Shown here: positions 42,396 to 52,286 of the stretch, one piece after another
How positions within the stretch are numbered: position 1 is the first letter of the stretch
Layout: every line of letters begins with the position of its first letter
Position numbers and translations under genes: made by a program
The notes under the pieces: model-generated
The model's input: the letters and a program-made list of their open reading frames with translations, nothing else
What the model was told of the DNA's origin: nothing
Database searches by the model: none
Source: an uncultured candidatus Porisulfidus sp.
Lineage (GTDB): Bacteria > Pseudomonadota > Gammaproteobacteria > Poriferisulfidales > Poriferisulfidaceae
Length of the DNA: 64,000 nt
Assembly (NCBI GenBank): GCA_965204575.1
Contig: OZ241993.1
Coordinates: 960,001-1,024,000, forward strand
Direction: 5' to 3'

Positions 42396-44258
42396 ATGCT
42401 GCATGTGATTCGAGAACGAGCCACCGGATGGGTGGCTTACTTCATCGTTTTGATCATCAGCATCCCGTTCGCGCTTTGGGGCATCAGCGAATACCTGGGT
42501 TTCGGCGGTGGCGCCGACGTGGCGGAAGTCAACGGCCGCCCGATCCCGATCGAGCGCTACAACGAGCTCTACCAGAACAACCGATCCAGGAATACCCCGC
42601 CACCCGGGGCGGACTCCGAACAGTGGGAACGCGGCCTGAAGCTACGAGTGCTGGACGGGCTGATCGACCAGGTGCTCCTGTTCCAGTACCTTGACGGCGA
42701 GCGGCTCGACGTCACCGACGCGAAGCTGGCGCAAAGCATTCAGGCCATGGATCTGTTCCGGATCGACGGCCATTTCGACGAGGAGCGCTACCAGAAGATC
42801 CTGGAAGTCAACCGGATCACGCCGGCCCGTTTCGAGGCGGACCAGCGCGAACAGATGCGCACGCAGATCGTCGCGCAGATGTTGGCGGACTCGGCACTGG
42901 CGACGGACGCCGAAGTGCGGGAATACCAGGCCTTGAAGGATCAGATCCGGGACATCCGGTATTTCGAAGTCAAGGGAGACCGCTTCTTCGACCCGGAGGC
43001 GGTGACCGAGGAGGAAATCAAGGCAGACTACGAAGAGTCGCAGGACCGCTACATGGCGCCGGAGCGCGTCAAGGTGTCGTACTTGGAACTGCGCCTCGAC
43101 AGCATGGACGACGGGACGCCGTTGAGTGAGGAGGCGGTTGCAGAATATTACGAAGCCCGCGCCCTGGACTTCATGGCGCCGGAGTTGCGCAAACTGCGGC
43201 AGATTTTCCTGAAGGGATCGGGATCGGACGAACAGGCGCAGGCGCTTTACAAACGCCTTCAGGAGGGAGAGGATTTCACCGAGTTGGCTCGGGAGCATTC
43301 CCAGGATGAGCTGAGCCGCTCACGGGGCGGGCAAATCGGCTGGGTGGCGGAAGGGGACCTCCCGGAGGATTTGGCGGCTCTGGTGTTCAGCCTGGATCCC
43401 GGCAAAGTAAGCGAGCCGATCAAGACAGAGCGGGGGATTTACCTGCTGGATGTGCAGGAGTTGGAGGAGGCACGGCTCCGGTCTCTCGAGGAAGTACGCG
43501 ACCAGGTCGTCGAACAGGCCCGGCGTGCCGATCTGGAAGGCCGCTATGCCGCCGCCGCCGAGGAACTCGGCCTGCTGGCCTACGAGAGCCCGGAAAGCCT
43601 CGCCGCGGCCGCGGAGCAATTGGGAATGGAAATCCAGAGCACCGGCTTGGTTCCTCTGACAGCTTTACCGGTGGGAGTGTTGACCCAGGAGGCGGTTGTC
43701 ACGGCTTTACGCAGCGACGAAGTCTTGCGTGGCGGGGTGAACAGCGACCGGATCGACCTGGAGGTCGACTGGTCGATCGTGGTGCGGGTCGACGAGTACG
43801 AGGAAGCCCGGGCGCTCTCGCTTGAGGTGGTGGCGGACCGGATCCGCAACGATCTGGCACGGCAGGCGGCCTGGGCCGCGCTCCTCGCGCATGCATCCGA
43901 ACTCACGGAACGGTTGCGGGAGGAACCCGATATCGAAGCCCTGGCCGAGAGCGACGGGGCCAGACTGGTCATGCGTGCCGGGCTGACCCGGGATGCCGAG
44001 GAGGTTCCGCGGCAGATCGGGGAGAAAGCCTTTTCCCTGTCCCGGCCGGAGGGTTCTCCGTCTGTCGGCATAGCGATCCTGTACGATGGTGTGGCGCTGG
44101 TTGCCGTGGACGCCGTGCATGAGGCGCTCCCGGCGGAGATACGAGAAGAGGATCGCGAGAATCTTCGCGCGCAGATGCGGTTCGACGAGGCGAAGGCCTT
44201 CCGGGCCGCGCTCCTCGCGCAGGCGGAGGTCACCCGCTATCCCGACCGGTTGGAGTAA
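42396..44258 (+). CDS. ppiD: Periplasmic chaperone PpiD
   Basis: N-terminal TM (IPFALWGI), SurA-like domain, parvulin-like FTELAREHSQD..GGQIGW; conserved position after hupB and tRNAs. Confidence 0.9.
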   Translation: MLHVIRERATGWVAYFIVLIISIPFALWGISEYLGFGGGADVAEVNGRPIPIERYNELYQNNRSRNTPPPGADSEQWERGLKLRVLDGLIDQVLLFQYLDGERLDVTDAKLAQSIQAMDLFRIDGHFDEERYQKILEVNRITPARFEADQREQMRTQIVAQMLADSALATDAEVREYQALKDQIRDIRYFEVKGDRFFDPEAVTEEEIKADYEESQDRYMAPERVKVSYLELRLDSMDDGTPLSEEAVAEYYEARALDFMAPELRKLRQIFLKGSGSDEQAQALYKRLQEGEDFTELAREHSQDELSRSRGGQIGWVAEGDLPEDLAALVFSLDPGKVSEPIKTERGIYLLDVQELEEARLRSLEEVRDQVVEQARRADLEGRYAAAAEELGLLAYESPESLAAAAEQLGMEIQSTGLVPLTALPVGVLTQEAVVTALRSDEVLRGGVNSDRIDLEVDWSIVVRVDEYEEARALSLEVVADRIRNDLARQAAWAALLAHASELTERLREEPDIEALAESDGARLVMRAGLTRDAEEVPRQIGEKAFSLSRPEGSPSVGIAILYDGVALVAVDAVHEALPAEIREEDRENLRAQMRFDEAKAFRAALLAQAEVTRYPDRLE

Positions 44259-44297
44259 GTTTCCGCCTTCACAATCATTAGAACGAGAGGTTCCATC

Positions 44298-45557
44298 ATG
44301 CGTCTGGCAGTACATTGGCAAATCCTGATCGCACTTGCTCTGGCCGTTCTGGCCGGACTGGTGCTGGACGCGGACGGAGCGGTAGGCGGGACGGTCGTCC
44401 CCGTGCTCGACTTCGTCGGAAAAATGTTCCTGAATGCGCTGAAAATGATCATCGTGCCGCTGATCGTCGCATCGATCATCATCGGGATCGGCAACCTCGG
44501 GGCCGGCGCGCTGGGCACGCTGGGCGGCAAGACGCTCTTGTACTACCTGACCACCAGCACGCTGGCGATCACCGCGGGGCTGTTCCTGGTCAACCTGATA
44601 CAGCCGGGCTTGACCGGCGACGGAATTCCGGCAAAGGAGGTCTTGGGTCTGCACGAGGACACGGGGCAGATCACCGAAAAGGTAGCCGGGCGCAGTGGCG
44701 CCGACGTGATCGGCGTGTTCCTGCGCATGATTCCCACCAATATCGTGGCAGCCGCGGCAGAAGGGCAGATGCTCGGCCTGATCTTCTTCAGCCTCCTGTT
44801 CGGCTACTTCATGGAGCGCGTGTTCAAGGGCGGACGCGACACCCTGCACACGTTCTGGCAGGGCGTACAGGAAGTGATGATGAAGATCACCAACCTGATC
44901 ATGCTGTTCGCCCCGGTCGGGGTGTTCGCCCTGGTGGGCAAGGTGGTCATCACCTCGGGGCTCGAGGTGTTCATCCCGCTGGCCTCTTTCTTCTTTACCG
45001 TGCTGGCCGCCTTGGCACTGCACATGTTCGTGATCCTGCCGTTGCTGATGCGCACGTTCGGGATTTCGCCAATCAGGCATTTCAAAGCCATGCTGGCCGC
45101 CCTGCTGACCGCGTTCTCCACCAGTTCGTCCTCGGCGACGCTGCCGGTGACGCTGGACTGCGTCCGGAGCCGGGCGGGCGTCTCCAACCGCGTGGGCAGT
45201 TTCGTGCTGCCGCTCGGCGCCACCGTCAACATGGACGGCACCGCCCTGTACGAATGCGTGGCGGTGTTGTTTTTGGCGCAGGCTTACGGTCTTGACCTGA
45301 GCGCCGCGCAACAGGCGATGGTGGTGATATTGGCACTTCTGACCTCGATCGGCGTTGCCGGGATTCCGGCCGCAAGCCTGGTCGCGATCGTGTTGATCCT
45401 GGGCGTGGTGGGCCTGCCCGCGGAGGCGGTCGGCCTGATCTTGGCTGTCGATCGGCTGCTGGACATGTGCCGGACCAGCGTCAACGTATTTGGCGACTCG
45501 AGCGGCGCGGTGGTGATCGCTCGAAGCGAGGGAGAAGAGACGGCGGTTCGGGCCTAA
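44298..45557 (+). CDS. Dicarboxylate/amino acid:cation symporter (GltP/DAACS family)
   Basis: [40 protein letters not shown]. Confidence 0.93.
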   Translation: MRLAVHWQILIALALAVLAGLVLDADGAVGGTVVPVLDFVGKMFLNALKMIIVPLIVASIIIGIGNLGAGALGTLGGKTLLYYLTTSTLAITAGLFLVNLIQPGLTGDGIPAKEVLGLHEDTGQITEKVAGRSGADVIGVFLRMIPTNIVAAAAEGQMLGLIFFSLLFGYFMERVFKGGRDTLHTFWQGVQEVMMKITNLIMLFAPVGVFALVGKVVITSGLEVFIPLASFFFTVLAALALHMFVILPLLMRTFGISPIRHFKAMLAALLTAFSTSSSSATLPVTLDCVRSRAGVSNRVGSFVLPLGATVNMDGTALYECVAVLFLAQAYGLDLSAAQQAMVVILALLTSIGVAGIPAASLVAIVLILGVVGLPAEAVGLILAVDRLLDMCRTSVNVFGDSSGAVVIARSEGEETAVRA

Positions 45558-45576
45558 GCTGGCGACTCGAGAGAAT

Positions 45577-45882
45577 CTATCTGCCTCGCTCGTAGAGTTC
45601 TTCCCGAGTCCATCCCCGCTCGTCGGCGCACGGCCTGCGTCTCTTTGTCTCATGTCTTCGCTGCGGGTCGTAGGAATGCTGCTTGCGGATTCGCCCGTCA
45701 CGGCCGTGGATGTAGAGGTTAGTTCCTCGCATTTTTGCCTTCTCTCTCGCGCTGTCGATGGCTTCCTGCTGGGTGGCGAACGTGCGGCTTGCGCGTTTGG
45801 CGCCGGAGTTGAGTACGCTCCATCTGCCTTTATGTGGGATAACGTGCAGATATGGGCTTGGTGTTGCTTTGGGTGGCGTCAT
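45577..45882 (-). CDS. DUF2188 domain protein with an extra C-terminal tail
   Basis: HVIP..GRW.V...GA.RAS..F.TQ.EAI..AR..A..LYIHGRDG.IR..SY pattern. Confidence 0.75.
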   Translation of the reverse strand: MTPPKATPSPYLHVIPHKGRWSVLNSGAKRASRTFATQQEAIDSAREKAKMRGTNLYIHGRDGRIRKQHSYDPQRRHETKRRRPCADERGWTREELYERGR

Positions 45883-46008
45883 TTTGTTGTTGGGGATACG
45901 GTGGGGTTGAAAAAAGCGAAAAAATCCCATATTGTCTAGTTGCGCCTTGCCAATGATACAATCAATTTACTCTGCCAATCCCCTAAGGGTAGCTTGGAGA
46001 CCCTTAAA

Positions 46009-46656
46009 ATGCCAGCTTTTCATATAACTACGATAATGTTTGTCGGGTCGAGTTTCCATGCGGGAATGTTTGACGAACGAGCATTGTGTCCCTTTTTGGG
46101 AGAGATAGAGGTGATGGATACCGAGCGTAAGGAAGAAAGTGGGCAGTATAAGTACTCACGTGGCAATTACCAATTTTCAGTTTCTCCAGAGCGGCTTACT
46201 TTAACTGGTCCCAAAATTTTCCCGAAAGAAGTTGCTGAGGCGACCCGGGCAATCATTGCGCGCTTGGCCCAATATAGTCCACTGCCCATTGTGACTGCCG
46301 TTGGGTTGAATTGCGACTCAATATTTGAACAGGAAGAATTGGGTCTTTCCGGGATAGATTTTTGTGCGATGCTTAACAATAAGGCAGATATAGAGAATCT
46401 GTTGGGGGGGGTAATCCCTTTGGGTGAGAGCATGACGAGCACGAACTTTTATTTTGCGGAGGACTCGGTTCAATATAGTTTTCGTATCGAACCACATTTT
46501 GGGACACAAGGAAAGAACCTGTTTTTCTCGATGGGCGCCCATCAGGACATGTCGAGAAAGCAGGAGATAATCGAATGTATGGACGCGTATGACAGAATCC
46601 GGACGTATACAGAGAAACTTCATGAGTGTCTGATTCGGAGGGAGGGTTCATCGTGA
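46009..46656 (+). CDS. Hypothetical protein (TIGR04255-like/chaperone-like?), gene 1 of 3-gene cassette
   Basis: ATG at 46009 after GGAG; FVGSSF..VSPERL..TAVGLN..IEP..H.D pattern; lower GC. Family assignment is tentative. Confidence 0.6.
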   Translation: MPAFHITTIMFVGSSFHAGMFDERALCPFLGEIEVMDTERKEESGQYKYSRGNYQFSVSPERLTLTGPKIFPKEVAEATRAIIARLAQYSPLPIVTAVGLNCDSIFEQEELGLSGIDFCAMLNNKADIENLLGGVIPLGESMTSTNFYFAEDSVQYSFRIEPHFGTQGKNLFFSMGAHQDMSRKQEIIECMDAYDRIRTYTEKLHECLIRREGSS

Positions 46657-47261
46657 ATGCTACATGCCAGACTTCACACGACCAGATGCATGGAGATGGC
46701 AGGTTCTACCCAAATGTGCAACCCCTTCCCAGAGGGTTAGAAAACTCTCCAGCACAACTTATTGTCCCATTTCCTCTTCGCCGCAGGGTATCAACGAAAC
46801 CAAGCAAAGGGACAACAAAATTCTCTTGGGCACGTGCTCAGGATTTTATGAACCAATTGCTGGGTTGTATAGATGTAGATGATCTCTCTCGCGGTTCTCT
46901 GAAGAATAGAATCCTTGAATTACAAGAGATGGCATCGGATAAAAATTGGGACGGGGAAGGCGCAGCCCCGCTGGATCAGGTAACAGTGAGTCATGCAACG
47001 CAGTTTGTAGATTGCTTGCCTGTCGGGCTTCCACGCCCAGATGTTGATGTGTCTCCACATGGCACGATTGATCTTGAGTGGGTGCTCTCTCGCCAGGCAA
47101 TGCTGTCCGTCAGCATATGCCCAGATAATACAATTGCTTTTGCTGCTCGATTTCCGGGAGAAAGGATACGGAGTTCTACCGATTGGTCGAAGGCAATACC
47201 CGATAGTCTGATGGTTGCAATCAAAAGATTGCAACAGGAATGCGATATGGTTTGCTTCTGA
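46653..47261 (+). CDS. Hypothetical protein with NWDGEGA motif, gene 2 of cassette
   Basis: GTG start overlaps the gene 1 stop (GTGA); NWDGEGAAP..P.V...G.I.LEW motif. Confidence 0.65.
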   Translation: MNATCQTSHDQMHGDGRFYPNVQPLPRGLENSPAQLIVPFPLRRRVSTKPSKGTTKFSWARAQDFMNQLLGCIDVDDLSRGSLKNRILELQEMASDKNWDGEGAAPLDQVTVSHATQFVDCLPVGLPRPDVDVSPHGTIDLEWVLSRQAMLSVSICPDNTIAFAARFPGERIRSSTDWSKAIPDSLMVAIKRLQQECDMVCF

Positions 47262-47647
47262 TGGAAATTCCAGCAACCCCTCTTACGCGTTTTGCCGTAG
47301 AGGGAGGCAAGCTTAATAACAGTGTGGTCAAACCAAAATTGTTCGAGCCAAACAGGCAGGGAAATCTTTCAGTATTCCGAACAGGCGGTCTGCAACAGAA
47401 CGAAGTTAAGGAAATCGGATTACAAGTGGTGGAAGATAACCCGAATGCCTCCCGTTTGCATGGGTGGGCGACGATAGAGAGAGATGATGTGGAGAGTACA
47501 GGCCTCAGTGTTGTTGATGATGATGATCCTCCTAGACATTCCAATGTGGTGGGTTGGCCTGAAGAAAGAGAAAGGGTCTTGGAGTTGAAACAAGCTTTGG
47601 CAAGCAAGGCAGAGCCCCATCTTCTTGATGTCCCGGTGGAAGTCTGA
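47261..47647 (+). CDS. Hypothetical protein (possible ART/RES-like toxin), gene 3 of cassette
   Basis: TGATG coupling to gene 2; R..F.P..LSVFR..D..PPRH.N.VGWP pattern. Confidence 0.65.
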   Translation: MEIPATPLTRFAVEGGKLNNSVVKPKLFEPNRQGNLSVFRTGGLQQNEVKEIGLQVVEDNPNASRLHGWATIERDDVESTGLSVVDDDDPPRHSNVVGWPEERERVLELKQALASKAEPHLLDVPVEV

Positions 47648-47912
47648 CGGAAGAAACTGTTTTTTCGTGTGTGTGAGGAACTTTCTAACTCTTTTTGAGT
47701 GAGTAACCACCTCTAATCGGAATTTCAGAGGGGTGAATCAGCCTGAAACACCTAAGCGATGGGCGTTTCCGTGTTTCATAAGCACCTAAAGCGAGCATTT
47801 TATTTTTATGTAATTTGAGGTCGGATCTCACGGAAAACCCTTATACATCAGGCTAAATCGAAGATTTAGGCAGATAAAGTTCCGATTAGCGTTCAGGCGA
47901 ATCAGGTATACT

Positions 47913-47929
47913 TGCTTGCATTGCAAACA
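47913..47929. promoter_or_regulatory. Candidate FitA-type operator
   Basis: TGCTTGCA-T-TGCAAACA inverted repeat (1 mismatch) ~40 bp upstream of the antitoxin gene. Confidence 0.5.
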
Positions 47930-47969
47930 CTATTGCACAACATGTCCGTACCAGGGAGAGGCACAGCCA

Positions 47970-48212
47970 ATGGCGAGCATCACAATCCGCAATCTCGCCG
48001 ACGACGTGAAGACGTGTTTGCGCGTACAGGTTGCGGAGCACCATCGTTCCATGGAAGAGGAAGTTCGCCTGATTCTCCAAGAGGCGGTCGACCGCAAGCT
48101 GAGTTCCCGGGGCCCCACGGAGATCACACGCTCAATTTTCGGGCCGGATAATGGGGTAGATTTGGAATTACCGCCGCGCGGCCCGGTGCGCGAACCCCCG
48201 ACTTTCGATTGA
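47970..48212 (+). CDS. FitA/StbC-like ribbon-helix-helix antitoxin
   Basis: MASITIRNLADDVK..LR...RSMEEEVR.IL..GVDLELPPR. Confidence 0.85.
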   Translation: MASITIRNLADDVKTCLRVQVAEHHRSMEEEVRLILQEAVDRKLSSRGPTEITRSIFGPDNGVDLELPPRGPVREPPTFD

Positions 48213-48222
48213 GCTTGTAGTT

Positions 48223-48510
48223 ATGTTCGTGCTGCTCGACACGAACGTCGTATCCGAACTCATCCGCAAGTCACCGAATCCTGCTGTAGAAGCGTGGGCC
48301 GCCAGTTACGCTCTTGAAGACCTGCTCTTCTCGACCATCGGCGAAACGGAGATCACTGCTGCGCGCCGATTTGCTGGCCGTCCCATCGAGTCGACTGACG
48401 GCTATATCGCTGCAATCGCCTATTTGCGCAACATGCCAGTAGCCACACGTAATGTCCGCGATTTCGATAATCTCAACATAGAAATCGTCGATCCTTGGTC
48501 GGGCAGGTGA
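48223..48510 (+). pseudogene. FitB/VapC PIN toxin with an in-frame internal deletion
   Basis: LLDTNVVSEL..GRPI..D..IAAIA..ATRNVRDF..VDPW, but only 95 aa; central helices missing. Confidence 0.7.
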
Positions 48511-50651
48511 ATAACAAAACCGAGGCCTTTGCACGGGCCAAGATCGACGCGCTGCTCGAGAGTGCGCATTGGGATCTAATAGATGGATCAAGTGTGCTGT
48601 TCGAGCATGTGCTACCGGACGGTACGCGAGCTGATTACGTGCTCTGCGACCGACAGGGTCGCCCCATGGCGGTGCTGGAGGCCAAGCGGGCAAGCATCAA
48701 TCCTATTGCTGCACAGGATCAAGGGCGACACTACGCCGAACAGCTTGGCGTGCTGTTTGTCTTTTTATCGAATGGCGAGGAAGTGCGATTCCTAGATCGG
48801 GATTTGGACGCTCACGCACGCAAGATATCGGGTTTCTATACTCAGGGCGATTTGGAGCGGCGAGTCGCTACCCGACGCATCCGTCGTGACCTTTTGGCCA
48901 TTGCTATAGATCGGAAGATTGTCGACCGTGATTACCAGATCGAGTGTATTGAAGTGTTGTCCACCGAGATCTTGCGTGGACGACGGAAGCTCTTGGTTGA
49001 GATGGCTACCGGGACCGGTAAGACGCGCACGGCGGCGGCGTTGATCAAACGGTTGTTCGAGGCGGGAACCGTTACCCGTGTGCTGTTTCTGGTCGACCGG
49101 ATCGAACTGGCCCGGCAGGCAGAGGATGCATTCACCGACCATCTTCGGGACTACCCTTGCCATGTACTCAGACCTGGTCGTGGTTTCGATCGCACCAAGC
49201 GCATCATCATCGCGACTTTACAGACCATGATCAAGGAATACAGCGACCTCTCGGCGGGCTACTTCGATCTTGTGATTACCGACGAGTGCCACCGCTCGAT
49301 CTATGGCACATATAGTCACGTTCTGCAACACTTCGACAGCATTCAGCTTGGCTTGACCGCAACGCCCTTGATGGCGAATGCCGATGCATTCTCTGATCGG
49401 GAAGATGGACAGTTCGTGCGCGATACATTGCGATTCTTCGGACTTTCCGAACCCACTTTCCGATACACCCTGCACCGGGCCATCGAAGAGGACCATCTCG
49501 TACCCTATCGAATTTACCGGGCCATGACGATCAAGACAGCCGCCGAGGACGGCTTTCCTGTCCGCCGAGATGAACTTGACTGGAACGCGATGGATAAGGA
49601 AACGCAGGAGGAGTTCAAAGAACTCTTCGGTTCTTCAGATACTATCATGGTGGACCCCCGCGCCTTGGAACGCAAGTTTACGATCCCCGAGCGCAACCGC
49701 GCCATGGTGCGGGAGTTTCGCGATGCACACGAGAAGGGCTTCATGGGTCGGGATGGTGTCCGGCGCTGGCCAAAATGGGGCAAGACCATCGTGTTCGCAG
49801 TGACTCGGCGCCATGCGGAGACGCTGGCCCAAATGTTTGATGAGCATTTCGCGGATCGGAAACCGCACCCCACCGTGCGTTATGCTGATTTTGTGGTGAG
49901 TGATGTCGGTGGTGGCCCTACGGCTGATGCGAGTACCACGATCAAACGCTTCAAGGAGGAGACCTATCCGCAGATACTTGTCAGCGTGAACATGCTGGAC
50001 ACCGGGTTTGACTGCCCGGAAGTCGTCAACCTCGTCATGGCGCGGTTCACGTGGAGTGCCATCCTCTATCGGCAGATGCGCGGGCGGGGGACGCGCAAGG
50101 CACCACACGTTGAGAAGGAATACTTCACGATTTTTGATTTTGTTGGCGTGACCGATTTTCATGGCGACGACGAGGGAGACATTGATGGCGGCTCAATCCG
50201 GTCGGGTGGTGCCCCTCGAGACTCTGACGGTCCTCGAATGCTGCTGACTCTTGATGTGGACGATCATATTGACCCGGCAAGCCGTGACTGGTTGATGCTC
50301 GACGAGAACGGTCGTATCGTGCGTACACCGGAGCACGAGGAGCGAGCTGGGGAAATTGGCGTAAAGTTCGAGGCATGGCGTGGAAAACACGAGGACTTCG
50401 ATGCAGCCCAGAGACGTTGGGCCAACTTGATCGGAAACCGCGTGAGGGCCGATGCCATGGACATGAACGCCTTTGGCGAATGGAATTTCGATGAACATCC
50501 CTTCGCTGCTCTCGGAGGCTACGATGAGGCTCGCCGTGTATTTGGTGGCAAAGAATCGCTTGACCGGATGATCACAGGGCTCAACGCCGCGGTGTTCGGT
50601 CAAGGAGAAGCCGATGGGGAGCCTGAGGACACCCACGGCGGGGAGCGCTGA
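48507..50651 (+). CDS. hsdR: Type I restriction enzyme R subunit
   Basis: ADYVL..EAKR nuclease motif, MATGTGKT, DECHRS, LTATP, LDTGFD, QMRGRGTR. Confidence 0.9.
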   Translation: MNNKTEAFARAKIDALLESAHWDLIDGSSVLFEHVLPDGTRADYVLCDRQGRPMAVLEAKRASINPIAAQDQGRHYAEQLGVLFVFLSNGEEVRFLDRDLDAHARKISGFYTQGDLERRVATRRIRRDLLAIAIDRKIVDRDYQIECIEVLSTEILRGRRKLLVEMATGTGKTRTAAALIKRLFEAGTVTRVLFLVDRIELARQAEDAFTDHLRDYPCHVLRPGRGFDRTKRIIIATLQTMIKEYSDLSAGYFDLVITDECHRSIYGTYSHVLQHFDSIQLGLTATPLMANADAFSDREDGQFVRDTLRFFGLSEPTFRYTLHRAIEEDHLVPYRIYRAMTIKTAAEDGFPVRRDELDWNAMDKETQEEFKELFGSSDTIMVDPRALERKFTIPERNRAMVREFRDAHEKGFMGRDGVRRWPKWGKTIVFAVTRRHAETLAQMFDEHFADRKPHPTVRYADFVVSDVGGGPTADASTTIKRFKEETYPQILVSVNMLDTGFDCPEVVNLVMARFTWSAILYRQMRGRGTRKAPHVEKEYFTIFDFVGVTDFHGDDEGDIDGGSIRSGGAPRDSDGPRMLLTLDVDDHIDPASRDWLMLDENGRIVRTPEHEERAGEIGVKFEAWRGKHEDFDAAQRRWANLIGNRVRADAMDMNAFGEWNFDEHPFAALGGYDEARRVFGGKESLDRMITGLNAAVFGQGEADGEPEDTHGGER

Positions 50652-50654
50652 CAC

Positions 50655-52286
50655 ATGCCGATGACCCCTGAACTTCGATGCGGCATCGACCGTATTCGCG
50701 ATTACCTATTCGGCGGTGGCTACCCAAACCCGGCCCAGAACGCCGAACAACTTAGTTTTCTGATCTATTTCTATATGTACGAGGCGGCAGACCAAGCGCG
50801 AGTACGTGCGGCGAAACGGCCGGGTGCCGCTTCCTACGCCAGTGTTTTCGATGGCGAATGGGCTCTGCGCAACCCACTCAACGCCAGCGAGCCGGGAATA
50901 GAGACTGTGCCGTGCGAACGGCTTCGGTGGTCATCTTGGGCTCATGCGCTCAACGGCGAGCAGTTAGTGAATTGGGTGCGCGAAGAGGTCTTCCCGTTCC
51001 ATGCCGATATTGCGTCGAATGGTGCAACGGATTTCATGGATGGCGCCCGACTGGTTATCGACGAGCCAACAGTGCTCACGCAGGTTGTGAGCCAATTGAG
51101 CGATCTTCATCTGGAACGAGTGGATGCGGATACCAAGGGCGACCTGTTCGAGCATGTACTACGCCAGATCCGACAGGCGGGCGAGCTTGGCCAGTTCCGG
51201 ACGCCACGCCATGTCATCCGTACCTTGGTGCGTCTCGTCGATCCCCGAATTGGTGAGACGATCCACGATCCAGCTGCAGGGACAGCAGGTTTTCTCGCCG
51301 CTGCTTGGGACCACATCCGACTCGCCAATTCCTCCCCCGATGGGATTGAGGAGGTTGAGGCCGATGGCAAGACAATCCGGCGTGGCCTTGGGGACATGTT
51401 GAGCCGCGATGCGGTGAGGCAATTGCACGAGGCGACCTTTTATGGCACCGATGTCGACCCACAGATGGTTCGGCTTGCCACCATGAACTTAACTCTGCGG
51501 GGGTTAGATCGAGTACGCATCCTACGGCGCGATGCGCTGACCCGTTCTCTTGACCGGTCAGTAAAGGCGGAACTCGGTTTCCCGGTGGAGGGGTTTGACG
51601 TTATCCTCGCCAATCCACCGTTTTCCGGGCGGCTGGACAAGGATCGCATCGTTGAGGATGTGAAGGTCGGTCGCACGACCCAGACCGAACTTCTGTTCCT
51701 GCAATACATGCTGAACCACCTGAAGGATGGTGGGCGCTGCGGCGTGGTGGTTCCAGAGGGAGTGTTGTTCGGTTCTACTGGGGCGCACAAGGAACTCCGC
51801 CGCCGTTTGGTTGAGAACAATACGGTCGAGGCGGTACTGTCGCTACCTAGTGGCGTGTTCAATCCTTATTCTGGCGTCAAGACTTCAGTGCTCGTGTTTC
51901 GCAAGGGCGGCTCGACAGAGCGTGTGATGTTTTTGCATGCCGACGACGATGGATTCAAACTCGATGCCAACCACGACCAACCGATTGAGGATGACGATCT
52001 TCCCGATCTGGCGAAGGCATTCCACGATCGGGAGACAAAATTCACGGAATGGTGCGATAGGGACCCCGACGCGGACTGGATGGAAAAATGGTGGTTTGCT
52101 GAGGCCGATGCCATTCGTTCCGCCGATTTCAATCTGAGCGCCAACCGGTATCGACCGCAGAACCGGGCAAAAGTAGAGCATCGTGATCCATTGGAGATTC
52201 TGGAGGAGTTGCGCGGTATCGAGACAGAGACTCTGGAGGAGGTCGACGCGTTGGCTGAGGCTGTGCGGGGAGTAGTTGCGGAATGA
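50655..52286 (+). CDS. hsdM: Type I restriction-modification M subunit (N6-adenine methyltransferase)
   Basis: GQFRTPRH, DPAAGTAGFL, ANPPF, VVPEGVLF, FNPYSGVKT. Confidence 0.93.
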   Translation: MPMTPELRCGIDRIRDYLFGGGYPNPAQNAEQLSFLIYFYMYEAADQARVRAAKRPGAASYASVFDGEWALRNPLNASEPGIETVPCERLRWSSWAHALNGEQLVNWVREEVFPFHADIASNGATDFMDGARLVIDEPTVLTQVVSQLSDLHLERVDADTKGDLFEHVLRQIRQAGELGQFRTPRHVIRTLVRLVDPRIGETIHDPAAGTAGFLAAAWDHIRLANSSPDGIEEVEADGKTIRRGLGDMLSRDAVRQLHEATFYGTDVDPQMVRLATMNLTLRGLDRVRILRRDALTRSLDRSVKAELGFPVEGFDVILANPPFSGRLDKDRIVEDVKVGRTTQTELLFLQYMLNHLKDGGRCGVVVPEGVLFGSTGAHKELRRRLVENNTVEAVLSLPSGVFNPYSGVKTSVLVFRKGGSTERVMFLHADDDGFKLDANHDQPIEDDDLPDLAKAFHDRETKFTEWCDRDPDADWMEKWWFAEADAIRSADFNLSANRYRPQNRAKVEHRDPLEILEELRGIETETLEEVDALAEAVRGVVAE

